Source: an uncultured Ruthenibacterium sp.
GTDB lineage: Bacteria > Bacillota > Clostridia > Oscillospirales > Ruminococcaceae
DNA: 64,000 nucleotides
Direction of reading: 5' to 3'
NCBI GenBank assembly: GCA_910587145.1
Contig: CAJUMH010000008.1
Coordinates: 8,168-72,167 of the forward strand
Below are positions 28,930 to 39,481 of this stretch, piece by piece. The stretch's first letter is position 1, and the number at the start of each line of letters is the position of its first letter. The position numbers and the translations under genes were made by a program. The notes under the pieces were generated by a model. That model was not told where the DNA came from, searched no databases, and saw only the letters and a program-made list of their open reading frames with translations.

Positions 28930-30558
28930 CTATGAATCGTCCGGCATTACATATTGGCGCGTATCCGTCCACTGGCCGTCCACCTGGATCTCGAAATGGC
29001 AATGATTCCCTGTCGAGCGGCCTGTGGAGCCAATGCGCGCGATGGGCTGGCCCTTTACAACATATTCGCCCGCCTCCACCAGCAGCTCCGAACAATGACC
29101 ATAGAGCGTGGCGAAGCCGTTTCCGTGGTCGATCTTCACAAAGATACCGTAGGACCAAAACGCCGTGCCCTTGCCGTCGGTGGCTACCTCGACAACGCCG
29201 TTATCGGCCGCAACAATGGTAGTACCGTAATCCGCCGTAATATCCGCGCCGCGGTGATAGCTGGAGGCCCACCGGCTGATGCCGTTGTAATGCGGCACCG
29301 GCCAGATAAAGGTTCCCGTAGCCGGGTCGCCGGCCTGTCCGCCGTAAGGGTTGTAGGTGCCATGCCGGGTGATCTGCGGCACCGCCAGTGCAAGAACCAC
29401 CGGCTCCCGCGTCTGAATGCGCTGCACCTCCTGCCCGTCGATATATACGACATCTTCGTTCAGCTCCTCCAGGCCGGGCACAGCCTGCTGGTCAATCACA
29501 TCCATGCCCCATTCTAGCGTGGGATCGTTGATCACCTGCGCTTCGGCGTGAGTTTCCACGGTGCGCGTTACATTCTGAACCGCCTGCACGCCCAACATAT
29601 CCCACCCCCCAAGCTCCGAACCATCGGAACGCGCTACCGGCGTCTCCCCGTGCAGCCGCGCCAGCAGCTCTTCGAGGCTGATGAGCGTATTGGTAAAATA
29701 CAGGCCGTTCTGCAGCTCGATTTGCTGCTGGAACTCTACACGCCAGCTTTCGTCTCCCTGATGCTCTTCCAAAAGCGGTGCGCGCAGCGCCTCCAGCGCG
29801 CGGGACAGCTCGAGAGAATCGTCCGTAATGCCGATGAGCTCCGAATTGACATAGACGCCCGTTGCCCTGCGGAAATCGCTGGCGGAGGTTTGGATAACGC
29901 GGTCTGTCAGCTGCGAGGGCGAATAAAGCGCGGCGCTGTCCACCATTGTCAGCGTATATTCCGGCCGCTCCATCCAATCCTCGCCCGTGCCCGCGCCCCG
30001 AATGCGGTGCAGGATATCCGCGTGCGCGGCATCGTAAACGCTTTCGTCCGCAATAAAGCCGACAAATTCCCCCTTAAACTCTACCCGCAGCGCAAAGGTG
30101 GAATTCAGCATGATATGCACGGTGACGGCCAGCACCGCAAGCGCGGCAAGCGGCAGCAGATAGGCAAGCCCGCTCATCACCAAATGGCGGTTGCGCAGCA
30201 CGCCGCGCAGAACATACAAAAGGCCCGTGCCCGCGGCCGAGCCGCCGGCCTCCCGCTCCTGCTGCGCGATCGCGCGGGCGTTGCGCAGCCCCACGCGCAG
30301 CGCCCTCCAGGGCGCGCTCAGATCTTCCCAAATGGCGGCGAAAAAGCTTTTCAGAACGCTGAAAAGCAGCAGCAGCAGCCATCGCACACCGGAAACGAGC
30401 CATCGCACGCTGCCGGCGAAGACCCGAAAGAGATTTAAAACAAAATATTCCGTCTGCTGGCCGACACGGTAAAGCATCCAGCCCAAAGGGTGCGCCAGCA
30501 TCCGAAAAAAAGAACGTTTCTTTTTTCCCGCGCCTGTGCGCGGCGTCGTGTACTCCAC
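28930..30558 (-). CDS. Membrane-anchored M23 family peptidoglycan endopeptidase
   Basis: GTG start after AAGGAGG; TM helix; C-terminal HRGAD (HxxxD) and HCH (HxH) zinc motifs; G5-like segment before the catalytic domain. Confidence 0.88.
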   Translation of the reverse strand: MEYTTPRTGAGKKKRSFFRMLAHPLGWMLYRVGQQTEYFVLNLFRVFAGSVRWLVSGVRWLLLLLFSVLKSFFAAIWEDLSAPWRALRVGLRNARAIAQQEREAGGSAAGTGLLYVLRGVLRNRHLVMSGLAYLLPLAALAVLAVTVHIMLNSTFALRVEFKGEFVGFIADESVYDAAHADILHRIRGAGTGEDWMERPEYTLTMVDSAALYSPSQLTDRVIQTSASDFRRATGVYVNSELIGITDDSLELSRALEALRAPLLEEHQGDESWRVEFQQQIELQNGLYFTNTLISLEELLARLHGETPVARSDGSELGGWDMLGVQAVQNVTRTVETHAEAQVINDPTLEWGMDVIDQQAVPGLEELNEDVVYIDGQEVQRIQTREPVVLALAVPQITRHGTYNPYGGQAGDPATGTFIWPVPHYNGISRWASSYHRGADITADYGTTIVAADNGVVEVATDGKGTAFWSYGIFVKIDHGNGFATLYGHCSELLVEAGEYVVKGQPIARIGSTGRSTGNHCHFEIQVDGQWTDTRQYVMPDDS

Positions 30559-30668
30559 GCGCCCCCTCCTTTTTTGAATTGCTTTTCCTGTGCGCAGAAT
30601 CCGTTCGACCCTTTTCGACCGCCCGGCAGACAAAAGAAACAGGCATCCGCCCGGCATACCTGATATCT

Positions 30669-30696
30669 ATTATACACATAATTTCACCGAATGCAA
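30669..30696 (-). promoter_or_regulatory. Sigma-A promoter for the M23 gene
   Basis: Minus strand TTGCAT, 16 bp, TATAAT. Confidence 0.55.
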
Positions 30697-30813
30697 ATCT
30701 TTTCCGCACGCGGGGGTGCGTGTTCGGCGCGGGCGGCACACAAAAAACGTTCTCCGCCGGCAAAGATCCCTGCAGCGCCGGCCGCCAAAGCGTTTGCCGC
30801 TTTGGCGCTTTGT

Positions 30814-31698
30814 TCAAACAATGCCGTTTTCGATTTTGCATGCGGCAAGAAGCGCACGGATATCCTCGGGAAACGCCGCCTGAAACGCGAGCCGCGCGCC
30901 GCCCTCCGGCGGCAAAAACGAAAGTGCGCCGCAGTGCAGCGCAGGGCGGGCGATCTTTGCCGTACTGCCGCCGTACAGGTCGTCCCCTGCCAGCGGATGG
31001 CCGACAGACGCAAAATGCACGCGGATCTGGTGCGTGCGCCCCGTAACGGGAACCACGCGCAGCAGCGTGTATCCCCCGCCGCGCGCTAGTACCGTATACT
31101 CGGTGCGGCTCTGCCTGCCCTGCCCGCACACGCAGCGCTGAATGAGCGAGCCGTGCGCCAGCGCGATGGGGGTATCGATCACGCCGCTGTCTGCGGCAAG
31201 CCCGCCCTCGGCCACAGCGTAGTATTCCTTCTGTGCCGAGGCGGCCAAAAGCGGCGCGGCGTAGGCGTTCATCGCGCACAGCACCAGGCCGGAAGTGCCC
31301 TTATCCAGCCGGTTCACCGGGCGAAATACGGTATCCGCGCCGCGCGCGGCCATCCTGCCGCGAAACGCGTTGGCAAGCGTACCCTGCGTATAGCCGCGTG
31401 TAGGGTGCACCGTCTGCCCGGCAGGCTTGTTCAGCACCATGGCGTGCGCATCCTCATATACGATCTCCAGCGGCAGCTCCTGCGCCAGCACGTCCGTCGG
31501 CGGCTCGGGCGGCAGCGTAAACAAAATGCGCTGCCCCGCATAAAGGCGCGCATCAGTATGCACCGGGGCGCCGTTGCAAAAAAATCCCCCCGCCCTTTTA
31601 ACGGCGCGCGCCAGCGCGGAAGAAACGCCCCTGCGGCGCAAAAAATCACGCAGCAGCATATCCGCTTCCTCCGGGCGCACCTCCCATTGCAGTGTCAT
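30814..31698 (-). CDS. RluA family pseudouridine synthase
   Basis: S4-like N-terminus; NKPAG, VNRLDKGTSG (catalytic Asp), TGRTHQIRVHF, GHPLAGDDLY. Confidence 0.93.
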   Translation of the reverse strand: MTLQWEVRPEEADMLLRDFLRRRGVSSALARAVKRAGGFFCNGAPVHTDARLYAGQRILFTLPPEPPTDVLAQELPLEIVYEDAHAMVLNKPAGQTVHPTRGYTQGTLANAFRGRMAARGADTVFRPVNRLDKGTSGLVLCAMNAYAAPLLAASAQKEYYAVAEGGLAADSGVIDTPIALAHGSLIQRCVCGQGRQSRTEYTVLARGGGYTLLRVVPVTGRTHQIRVHFASVGHPLAGDDLYGGSTAKIARPALHCGALSFLPPEGGARLAFQAAFPEDIRALLAACKIENGIV

Positions 31699-31864
31699 AA
31701 TGCTGCTGCCTCCCATGGAACTTTCTTTTGGCCGGAACGTACCGAACACCTGGATCCCTGCCGTTTTTCCCGCAGCGCACACAGGCGCTCGCGCTCGGCT
31801 GGCGTTTTTGCGTATCGGCACAGGCGCTTGCCCATTCGGCATTCCCGCGCATTTATGCAGGCGC

Positions 31865-32596
31865 TCAGTCCACCCGCTCGCCGGGGTTGCCGTAGCATTC
31901 GCAGAATCTTGCGGCGAACGAGGGCGGCTCTTTGCGGCAGTAGAGGTGCGCGGTATCGCCAAAGCTGTTCACCCGAAAAGCGGCAACGCCTTTTCTGCGT
32001 TCCTCTGTAACAACTGTAGTAACAGAGGACGGCGCGGCGCAGGCGCCGTGCCACAGCACCATGGGGGAAACTCCCATCAAATGGCTGAGCAGCACGCATT
32101 CCACGCCAAAATGGCAAAAGAATACCAACGTATCGTTGTTGGCACACACCGCCTGATAGCATGCGCCGCTGCGCCTGTACCCGTGCTTTTTTAGAAGAGC
32201 GTCAAAATTTTCAACCACCCAATCGTACTCTTCCTTCACATGGGCCTGCTGCAGCACCTCCGGCTGCCACCACTGCTCGGGCTGGAAAAAGCGCGGCTCC
32301 TGCGTCCAATCCTGCGGCAGCCAATCCCATGTAACCATCTTGCGCACCGGCACATCCGGCCGTTGAATAGGAACGGCGAATTCCCGCAGCCAAGGGCATT
32401 CCACGGCGGTGCGGCCCATTTTTTCCAACGTGCAGGATGCGGTGTCCTTCGCTCTTCCCAGCGGAGAGACATAAAAATCCCGCACCTGCAGGTCCGCGAT
32501 GCGCTCCGATAAGTATCGGGCTTCTCTCCAGCCCTTTTCCGTCAGCGAATCCCGCTCGTAGTCCGGCTCGGCATGCCGCACAATCAAAAGCTTCAA
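31865..32596 (-). CDS. Histidine phosphatase (phosphoglycerate mutase-like) family protein
   Basis: TTG start; RHAE motif, VSPLGRAKDT, FFCHFG, NSFGDTAHL. Confidence 0.88.
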   Translation of the reverse strand: MKLLIVRHAEPDYERDSLTEKGWREARYLSERIADLQVRDFYVSPLGRAKDTASCTLEKMGRTAVECPWLREFAVPIQRPDVPVRKMVTWDWLPQDWTQEPRFFQPEQWWQPEVLQQAHVKEEYDWVVENFDALLKKHGYRRSGACYQAVCANNDTLVFFCHFGVECVLLSHLMGVSPMVLWHGACAAPSSVTTVVTEERRKGVAAFRVNSFGDTAHLYCRKEPPSFAARFCECYGNPGERVD

Positions 32597-32667
32597 CTGT
32601 CATCGTTCCTTTCTGTTCTCTGTCTTGTCTGTTTCCTGTTTTATCCGTTTTTCCTGCTTCGTCTGTT

Positions 32668-32863
32668 CCCCGCTTTGCGCGCTCCCTGCTTTGCGCGCTC
32701 CCCGCTTTGCGCGCTCCCTGCTTTGCGCGTTTCCCGCTTTGCGCGCTCCCTGCTTTGCGCGTTTCCCGCTTTGCGCGCTCCCTGCTTTGCGCGCTCCCTG
32801 CTTTGCGCGCTCCCTGCTTTGCGCGTTTCCCGCTTTGCGCGTTTCCCGCTTTGCGCGTTTCCC
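32668..32863. repeat. Tandem repeat (VNTR): 12 copies of a 16-bp unit
   Basis: Core GCTTTGCGCG recurs at 32672, 32688 ... 32848 with exact 16-bp period; unit YCCYGCTTTGCGCGYT; no spacers. Confidence 0.95.
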
Positions 32864-32896
32864 GCTTCGGCTGTTCGGTTTTTTGCCTGCCATAAC

Positions 32897-32925
32897 AGCA
32901 TACCGCGCGCGGCGCAATTTTGCAA
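32897..32925 (-). promoter_or_regulatory. Sigma-A promoter upstream of the VNTR and histidine phosphatase gene
   Basis: Minus strand TTGCAA (32925-32920), 17 bp, TATGCT (32902-32897). Confidence 0.65.
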
Positions 32926-33043
32926 GCGGAGAATACGGGCAGCGTTCTCAATGGGGATGCCATATCGCCTGTGCGGCAGCAGCGCGAAGGATCCCATTGC
33001 AGCCGAACAGGTCCCGCGGGGAGGTGCAGCTTTCTTCCAAAGA

Positions 33044-33081
33044 GAAGGGAGCGCCCGGCCATTTCCGGACGCTCCCGCTTC
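33044..33081 (-). terminator. Probable terminator after gdhA
   Basis: GAAGGGAGCGCCCGG / CCGGACGCTCCCGCTTC imperfect stem about 25 nt after the gdhA stop; weak U tail. Confidence 0.5.
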
Positions 33082-33107
33082 GGTTCTTTTCAATCGGGCA
33101 AATCAGA

Positions 33108-34523
<1,416 letters not shown>

Positions 34524-34528
34524 TTATA

Positions 34529-34961
34529 CTACCATTTAATGGCATTTTTCAAGTGTCCGCCTGCAATAATCAGAGTGTTGGGGCATATCACGGCAATTTT
34601 TGTCGGATGCGCTAAAATTCGTGCCGCGCGACGTTTTCTTTTATTGATTTTTTCGCTGTCTGTATTCCAGATACGGACAGCGTCTTCCAGATAATCCTCT
34701 TCTCCGGAAGCGTCCTCGTCTTTTTCCAGATGGGAAAGCGCGATATGAACTGCTCCGTACAGATTTTCCATATCCATCATCTCGGAGCATACAGGCTTTG
34801 GAGCATCGGGAACGAGGTCTGCGAGCGCCTTTTTTCACAGATCGCCCGCATCGGAAAAGACGCACCACGTTACACAGCGGCAGCCCCGCCTGGCATACAG
34901 CTGCCTGCACCACACGGCCCATTGCGGCGATGCTTGCGGCAAAACAGGTCTCATCCGGCAT
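34529..34961 (-). pseudogene. Possible gene remnant (ROK-family-like C-terminus), frameshift at an A6 run
   Basis: MPDETCFAAS... joins ...KKALADLVPDAPKPVCSEMMDMENLYGAVHIALSHL... if one A is removed at 34830-34835; family resemblance judged by eye only. Confidence 0.25.
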
Positions 34962-35037
34962 GATCGCCGCGCGTCCCGGCCGCCTCCCCCTTTGTGTGCC
35001 CATACGCAAACCATCCGTGCGCATCCGAGGATTTTTC

Positions 35038-35067
35038 TTGCCAAAAACCGGTAAAGCATGATATAAT
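35038..35067 (+). promoter_or_regulatory. Promoter of rnpB
   Basis: TTGCCA, 18 bp, TATAAT with extended -10 TG. Confidence 0.6.
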
Positions 35068-35078
35068 AAAAGCGCACA

Positions 35079-35419
35079 GACGAGCAAAACATACGGCGGC
35101 GGGGCGCTTTGGCGCCCTGAGGAAAGTCCGGGCTCCACAAGGGAATGGTAACTGCTAACGGCAGCCGGGGGTGACCCCAGGGATAGTGCAACAGAAATAG
35201 ACTACCCGTGCACCGCACGGGAAAAGGTGGAAAGGTGCGGTAAGAGCGCACCAGCGCGCTTGGTAACTTGCGCGGCTCTGTAAACCCTACCAGGAGCAAC
35301 GCCCATAGGGAAGCAATGCGTGCCCTGCGCGCTTCCGGAGGCGGCTGGAGCTGCATGGCGACATGCAGTCGAGATAGATCGTCGTTTAATACAGAACCCG
35401 GCTTACGGTTTGGTCGTTT
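35079..35419 (+). ncRNA. rnpB: RNase P RNA, bacterial class A
   Basis: Universal GAGGAAAGTCC (35119) and ACAGAACCCGGCTTA (35391) P4 strands; AGTGCAACAGAAA, GGTGGAAAGGTGCGGTAAGAGCGCACC, GGTAA loop, TAAACCC, GATAGAT; 5'/3' P1 pairing. Confidence 0.97.
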
Positions 35420-35423
35420 GGGC

Positions 35424-35466
35424 AAAACGCGGCGGAGCGCCCTTTTGGGTGCTCCGCCGTGTTTTT
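35424..35466. terminator. Bidirectional terminator between rnpB and the amidase gene
   Basis: CGGCGGAGCGCCC-TTTT-GGGTGCTCCGCCG stem with flanking A4 and T5. Confidence 0.8.
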
Positions 35467-35497
35467 ACATTTGAACGCTGGCCCCGGCACGCGCTCT

Positions 35498-36610
35498 TTA
35501 CGCTGCCAGCGGCTCGGTGCCAAAATATGCGCAGATTGCCTCGTAATAAAGCCGCGCGGCGCGGCGGCAGCCGTCGTCGTCGCCCCAGCTGTCCACATCG
35601 GCCGGGCTCGTTACAAAGCACTGTTCTGCCAGCACGGCGGGGCAGTTCGTCTTTTCCAGCAGCCCAAACGTCTGCTCGGCGCGAACGGTGCCGTCGCTTT
35701 CCTCCACAAATTCTTTTTGGTAGCCGTGCGCGTCGTCGCCCACATAATAAATATACCGTACACCCGCATTGCCGCGCAGGCGCTGGCCTTCGGCGCCGAA
35801 CCGGTCGGCGATGAGGTGTGCAAGGCGGAGCGATGCATCGTGGTATGTGCGGCCCGGCGGCTGCGGATAGCATTCAAAGCCGTAAGAATTTTCGGAATAC
35901 GGGTCGGAGTTGCCGTGCACCGAAAGAAGAAGCGCCGCACGCGCCTGATTGGCTGTTGCCGCGCGCTCGACATTTTCCATAAAGGTATCGTAAGCGTGCG
36001 TGCGCACAGGGGTATAGTTTTCGTCCTGCGAAAGCCAGCTTTCCAGATAGCCGACGGTCGTTTCTGTCATGGTGCTTTCCTCTGCAACGCCCTGTGCGCC
36101 CACATCAATGCCGCCGTGGCCCGCATCAATGGCAACCGTATAGGGCGGCCCCTCCTGCGGAATGGCAGCCGCCGGCACATACGTCGCCGTGTCGTCCTCC
36201 CCGGGCGCAAGCAGCATTGCGCACAGCGCTAAGAGCAAAGCCGCGGCCGACACCGCGCCGGCCAGCAGCGGCCGCTGCCGTCGGCGTTTGCGGCGGCGCC
36301 CGGCAGCCCGCGCGGCACGCAGCGAACGCGGCGCAGGCGAGACCGCATGCGCCGCTGCATACGGCGCGGCGGATCGCAAAAAAGCGGGGGCCCGGCGCGC
36401 ATGACGCGGGGCGCCCCCCCTTGCTGCGGCACGCTGTGCGTGCGGCAGCGCTTCTGCTTTGCTTTGCGCAGCATCCTGCCGCGGCATATTTGTCCGGTAC
36501 GGCACGGCGCTTTGCGGGGCGGCCTGCGGCGCGCAGCCTCCGCCCGGCACGGCATCCTGCGCGCCGGCACCCGCGTCTGTACCGGGAAATTCAATTATTT
36601 TTGTCTGCAC
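35498..36610 (-). CDS. N-acetylmuramoyl-L-alanine amidase (Amidase_3), membrane-anchored
   Basis: IDAGHGG, AEESTMT, LSVHGNS, LAEQCFVT zinc/catalytic motifs; basic patch and TM helix precede the domain; start uncertain. Confidence 0.85.
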   Translation of the reverse strand: MQTKIIEFPGTDAGAGAQDAVPGGGCAPQAAPQSAVPYRTNMPRQDAAQSKAEALPHAQRAAARGGAPRHARRAPAFLRSAAPYAAAHAVSPAPRSLRAARAAGRRRKRRRQRPLLAGAVSAAALLLALCAMLLAPGEDDTATYVPAAAIPQEGPPYTVAIDAGHGGIDVGAQGVAEESTMTETTVGYLESWLSQDENYTPVRTHAYDTFMENVERAATANQARAALLLSVHGNSDPYSENSYGFECYPQPPGRTYHDASLRLAHLIADRFGAEGQRLRGNAGVRYIYYVGDDAHGYQKEFVEESDGTVRAEQTFGLLEKTNCPAVLAEQCFVTSPADVDSWGDDDGCRRAARLYYEAICAYFGTEPLAA

Positions 36611-36736
36611 TGCGCACCGCCCCTTTCCGGATACATTCAGTATACCACCTGTTTGTTTCCAAATTGTATCAGTTTTTTCTTAATTTTCCCTTAATTCTGG
36701 TTTTTATGCGAGCTTTCCGTTTTGCAAAATCGCAAA

Positions 36737-36761
36737 GGGCCCCCTCGCGCAGAGGGGGCCC
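36737..36761. terminator. Hairpin downstream of the PBP gene
   Basis: GGGCCCCCTC-GCGCA-GAGGGGGCCC. Confidence 0.5.
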
Positions 36762-36936
36762 GAAGATCGGAATATTCGACACTTTTCAAAGCCTTTCCAT
36801 GCTTTTTCAAGCGCTCCGGCCGGTTGAGCAAACGCCGCCTGTTTTTGCTTCCTCTGCTGCCCCGGCGGCCGGCCGTTGGCCGTGCCGGGTGCAAAGGGCC
36901 GCGTTCCCTTGCCGGCGCCGAAGGCAGCCCGGCGCG

Positions 36937-39276
36937 TTATGCCGCCGGTGCGGGATCGGCATGAGCGCTGGTGCACGGGCTGCGCGCAACGCCCACCTTG
37001 TACCAGCCGCGGCCCGTGGGGCAGCCCGCGCCGGGAGCGTCTCCCGTTTGGGTACAAAAGGCGCCGGACTCCACGGAATCCGGTTTAGCCCAAATCGCGC
37101 TCAGCGCTTCGATTTCTTCCTCGGTGAGGTCGGCCTGTACAATATCCATCAGTTCGCGGAAGGCGCGCGCGCCGGGGTGACCCAGCCTGCGCCCATAAAT
37201 ATAGTTGCTGTCATACTGCTTCATCGGCGCGTTGTCGTCGTAGCCGTACCATGTGGCCATCACATATTTCGGCGTCAGGCCCACAAACCAGATATCCTTA
37301 TCCTCGTTTGTCGTACCCGTTTTGCCGATGGAATCCAGCACGTTGGAATCCGGATGGATGCCGTACGCCGTGCCGCCACCGTCAAACAGCACGCCGTGCA
37401 GCAGGCGGTTCATGATAAAGGCGGTATCCTCGCCGATCGCCTGCGTGGTGATGATATCCTTTTCCAAAATCTCGTTGCCCTGGTAATCGCGCACCGAGGT
37501 ATAGCTGTGCAGGCTCGTTACGCGGCCGCCGTCGCCGTACATCATATACGCGCCGGCCAGCTCGTAGGGGGACATGCCGTGTGTGAGCGCGCCCAGCACC
37601 ATCGGCGCAAGATCGACATCGTGGTTTTCGTCCAGCGAGGTAATGCCCAGCGTATCGCGCGCAAATTCAAACATCGTGCGCGGCCCCACAATATTGCCCA
37701 CGCGCACCGCAACGGTGTTCAGCGATTGCTTGATGGCCTCGTATACCGTAACCAGCCCGTGCGTATAGGTGCCGCTCCAGTTGCTGGGCCAGTTCGTGCG
37801 GGTGCCGCCCTTGCCGTCTGAAATGGGGAAATAATCATCGAGCAGCGCGGTGGAATAGTTGATGGCGTCCATATCGATGCCCAGAGGATACACCGCAACG
37901 CCCTTCATGGTGGAGCCCACCTGCCGCTGCATGCCGGTGGCGCGGTTGAGGATGCGGTCGCCTGTTTTTTGCCCAAGGCCGCCCGCAAGCGCGACCAGCT
38001 CGCCCTTATAATTGATGACGATGCCTGCCGCATTCGTGGAAATGGTTTTCGGCTCGGTGCCCTCCGGGGCGTTCTCGGGCACCCAATCCTCGATGGTAAA
38101 GGGCTCCCAATATTCTCCATCGGCCCAAATGCGCTCGATCTCGCTTTGCACCTTAGGGTCTACCGTGGCATAAATGCGCAAACCGCCGTTGTACAGGTAT
38201 GCGTTGGCGGCAGCCCGGTCCCAGTTTTCGCGGTTCAGCGGATTTTCCTCCAAAAGATCCTGCGTAACCTCCTCGATCACATAATCCGTAAACCACGAAT
38301 AGTTTGTCTGTACGGCGGCTTCCTCCGAGCGCACGCGCTCCACCAGCCGCAGCGGCGTGGCATATGCTTCTTCGGCCTCGCTCTCGGTGATATAGCCCTG
38401 CTGCAGCATAAAATAAATGATGTTGTCGCGGCGCTGTAAATGATCCTCCGGGTTTGTATAAGGGTTAAAGCGTCCGGGGCTTTTGGTAATGGCCGCGATG
38501 CTGGCCGCCTCGGCAATCGATACCTCCATCGCCGATTTGCCGAAATACTGGTTTGCGGCGGCCTCTACGCCCGCAATGTTGCCCGTAAGGCCGATCGTGT
38601 TCAGATAAGCCTCTAAGATCTCTTCCTTGCTGAAGCGGTTATCCATTGCGATGGCACGGAAGATCTCCTTCAGCTTGCGGGTGTACCCCTCCATGCCGGA
38701 GGATTGGTCTTCGCCCGTAATATTTTTGATGAGCTGCTGCTCAATGGTAGAGGCGCCCAGCTGGCCGCTCTGCCCCGGCAGGTACGAGCCGGTGAGCTTA
38801 TGGAACACCTCGTTCAGCGCCGCCAGCACAGTACGCTTTAGGCTGAAGCCGATGTGCGTATAAAAGTTTTCGTCCTCCACCGCAATAAACGCGTGCTGCA
38901 AATGAGGCGAGATCTCGTTCAGCGAACGCCAGATGCGGTTTTCCTCCGGGCTCTGCAGGCGCTGGTATTCCACCCATTCCTGCTGGCCGTACTCGTTGAT
39001 CTGCGGCGCGTAGATAATCGTGGTAAACGCCAGCTCCAGCTGTGTCAGATCCAGCACCTCGCTGTCGCCCTGCGTCTCGCGCACGATGTACATGCTGAGC
39101 GCCACCGCCGCAACCGAGCCCGCTATAATGCAAAGGCACAGGCAGCACGCGATAAAGCGAAATAAAATGCCCAGCGCCCCCAGTACGGTGACGCCCTCCC
39201 TCGGCTGCTTCCTTTTGCGCGGCGCGCTGCCTGGCTGGCGGTTTGCGCGGGCGCTGCTGTTTTTGTTTTCGATGAT
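36937..39276 (-). CDS. Class A penicillin-binding protein (GT51 transglycosylase + transpeptidase), probable ATC start
   Basis: EDENFYTHIG, GASTIEQQLIKN, RKLKE; STMK, SLN, KTGT. Frame is open 57 codons upstream of the track start (39105), encoding a basic tail and TM helix; GGAGG lies 6 nt before ATC at 39276. Confidence 0.9.
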   Translation of the reverse strand: MIENKNSSARANRQPGSAPRKRKQPREGVTVLGALGILFRFIACCLCLCIIAGSVAAVALSMYIVRETQGDSEVLDLTQLELAFTTIIYAPQINEYGQQEWVEYQRLQSPEENRIWRSLNEISPHLQHAFIAVEDENFYTHIGFSLKRTVLAALNEVFHKLTGSYLPGQSGQLGASTIEQQLIKNITGEDQSSGMEGYTRKLKEIFRAIAMDNRFSKEEILEAYLNTIGLTGNIAGVEAAANQYFGKSAMEVSIAEAASIAAITKSPGRFNPYTNPEDHLQRRDNIIYFMLQQGYITESEAEEAYATPLRLVERVRSEEAAVQTNYSWFTDYVIEEVTQDLLEENPLNRENWDRAAANAYLYNGGLRIYATVDPKVQSEIERIWADGEYWEPFTIEDWVPENAPEGTEPKTISTNAAGIVINYKGELVALAGGLGQKTGDRILNRATGMQRQVGSTMKGVAVYPLGIDMDAINYSTALLDDYFPISDGKGGTRTNWPSNWSGTYTHGLVTVYEAIKQSLNTVAVRVGNIVGPRTMFEFARDTLGITSLDENHDVDLAPMVLGALTHGMSPYELAGAYMMYGDGGRVTSLHSYTSVRDYQGNEILEKDIITTQAIGEDTAFIMNRLLHGVLFDGGGTAYGIHPDSNVLDSIGKTGTTNEDKDIWFVGLTPKYVMATWYGYDDNAPMKQYDSNYIYGRRLGHPGARAFRELMDIVQADLTEEEIEALSAIWAKPDSVESGAFCTQTGDAPGAGCPTGRGWYKVGVARSPCTSAHADPAPAA

Positions 39277-39481
39277 CTTTCGCCTCCCAAAAGATGGATC
39301 TCTTAGTTTTTATAGCTTTTGCGGCGTCTGCGCCGCCGTGATTTTAAGGCGCGCCGCCGTGGTTGTGCTTTATACCGCTCTGTTAGTATACCACATTTCC
39401 GGCCGCGCAATATCCGCGCCGCAAAGAATAATCAAAGCGATTTTGTCCATACTGCCTTTCAGAACACAAAGAGGTGATGAT

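Noticed and set aside
30560-30665. c-di-AMP or c-di-GMP riboswitch in the M23 peptidase leader
   Set aside because: The roughly 100-nt leader lacks the conserved ydaO and GEMM sequence blocks.
32668-32863. CRISPR array or coding repeat interpretation of the 16-bp array
   Set aside because: Units are contiguous with no unique spacers and no cas genes are present. The overlapping ORFs (e.g. 32573-33244, 32211-33062) just cycle through three frames with a 16-codon period and lack an RBS or domains.
34835-34837. In-frame TGA as selenocysteine
   Set aside because: The upstream frame runs antisense through rnpB and does not look protein-like, there is no Cys/Sec redox motif, and no convincing SECIS hairpin follows.
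36094-37821. 575-aa plus-strand ORF across the amidase and PBP genes
   Set aside because: Antisense to two real genes, with low-complexity Ala/Arg composition.
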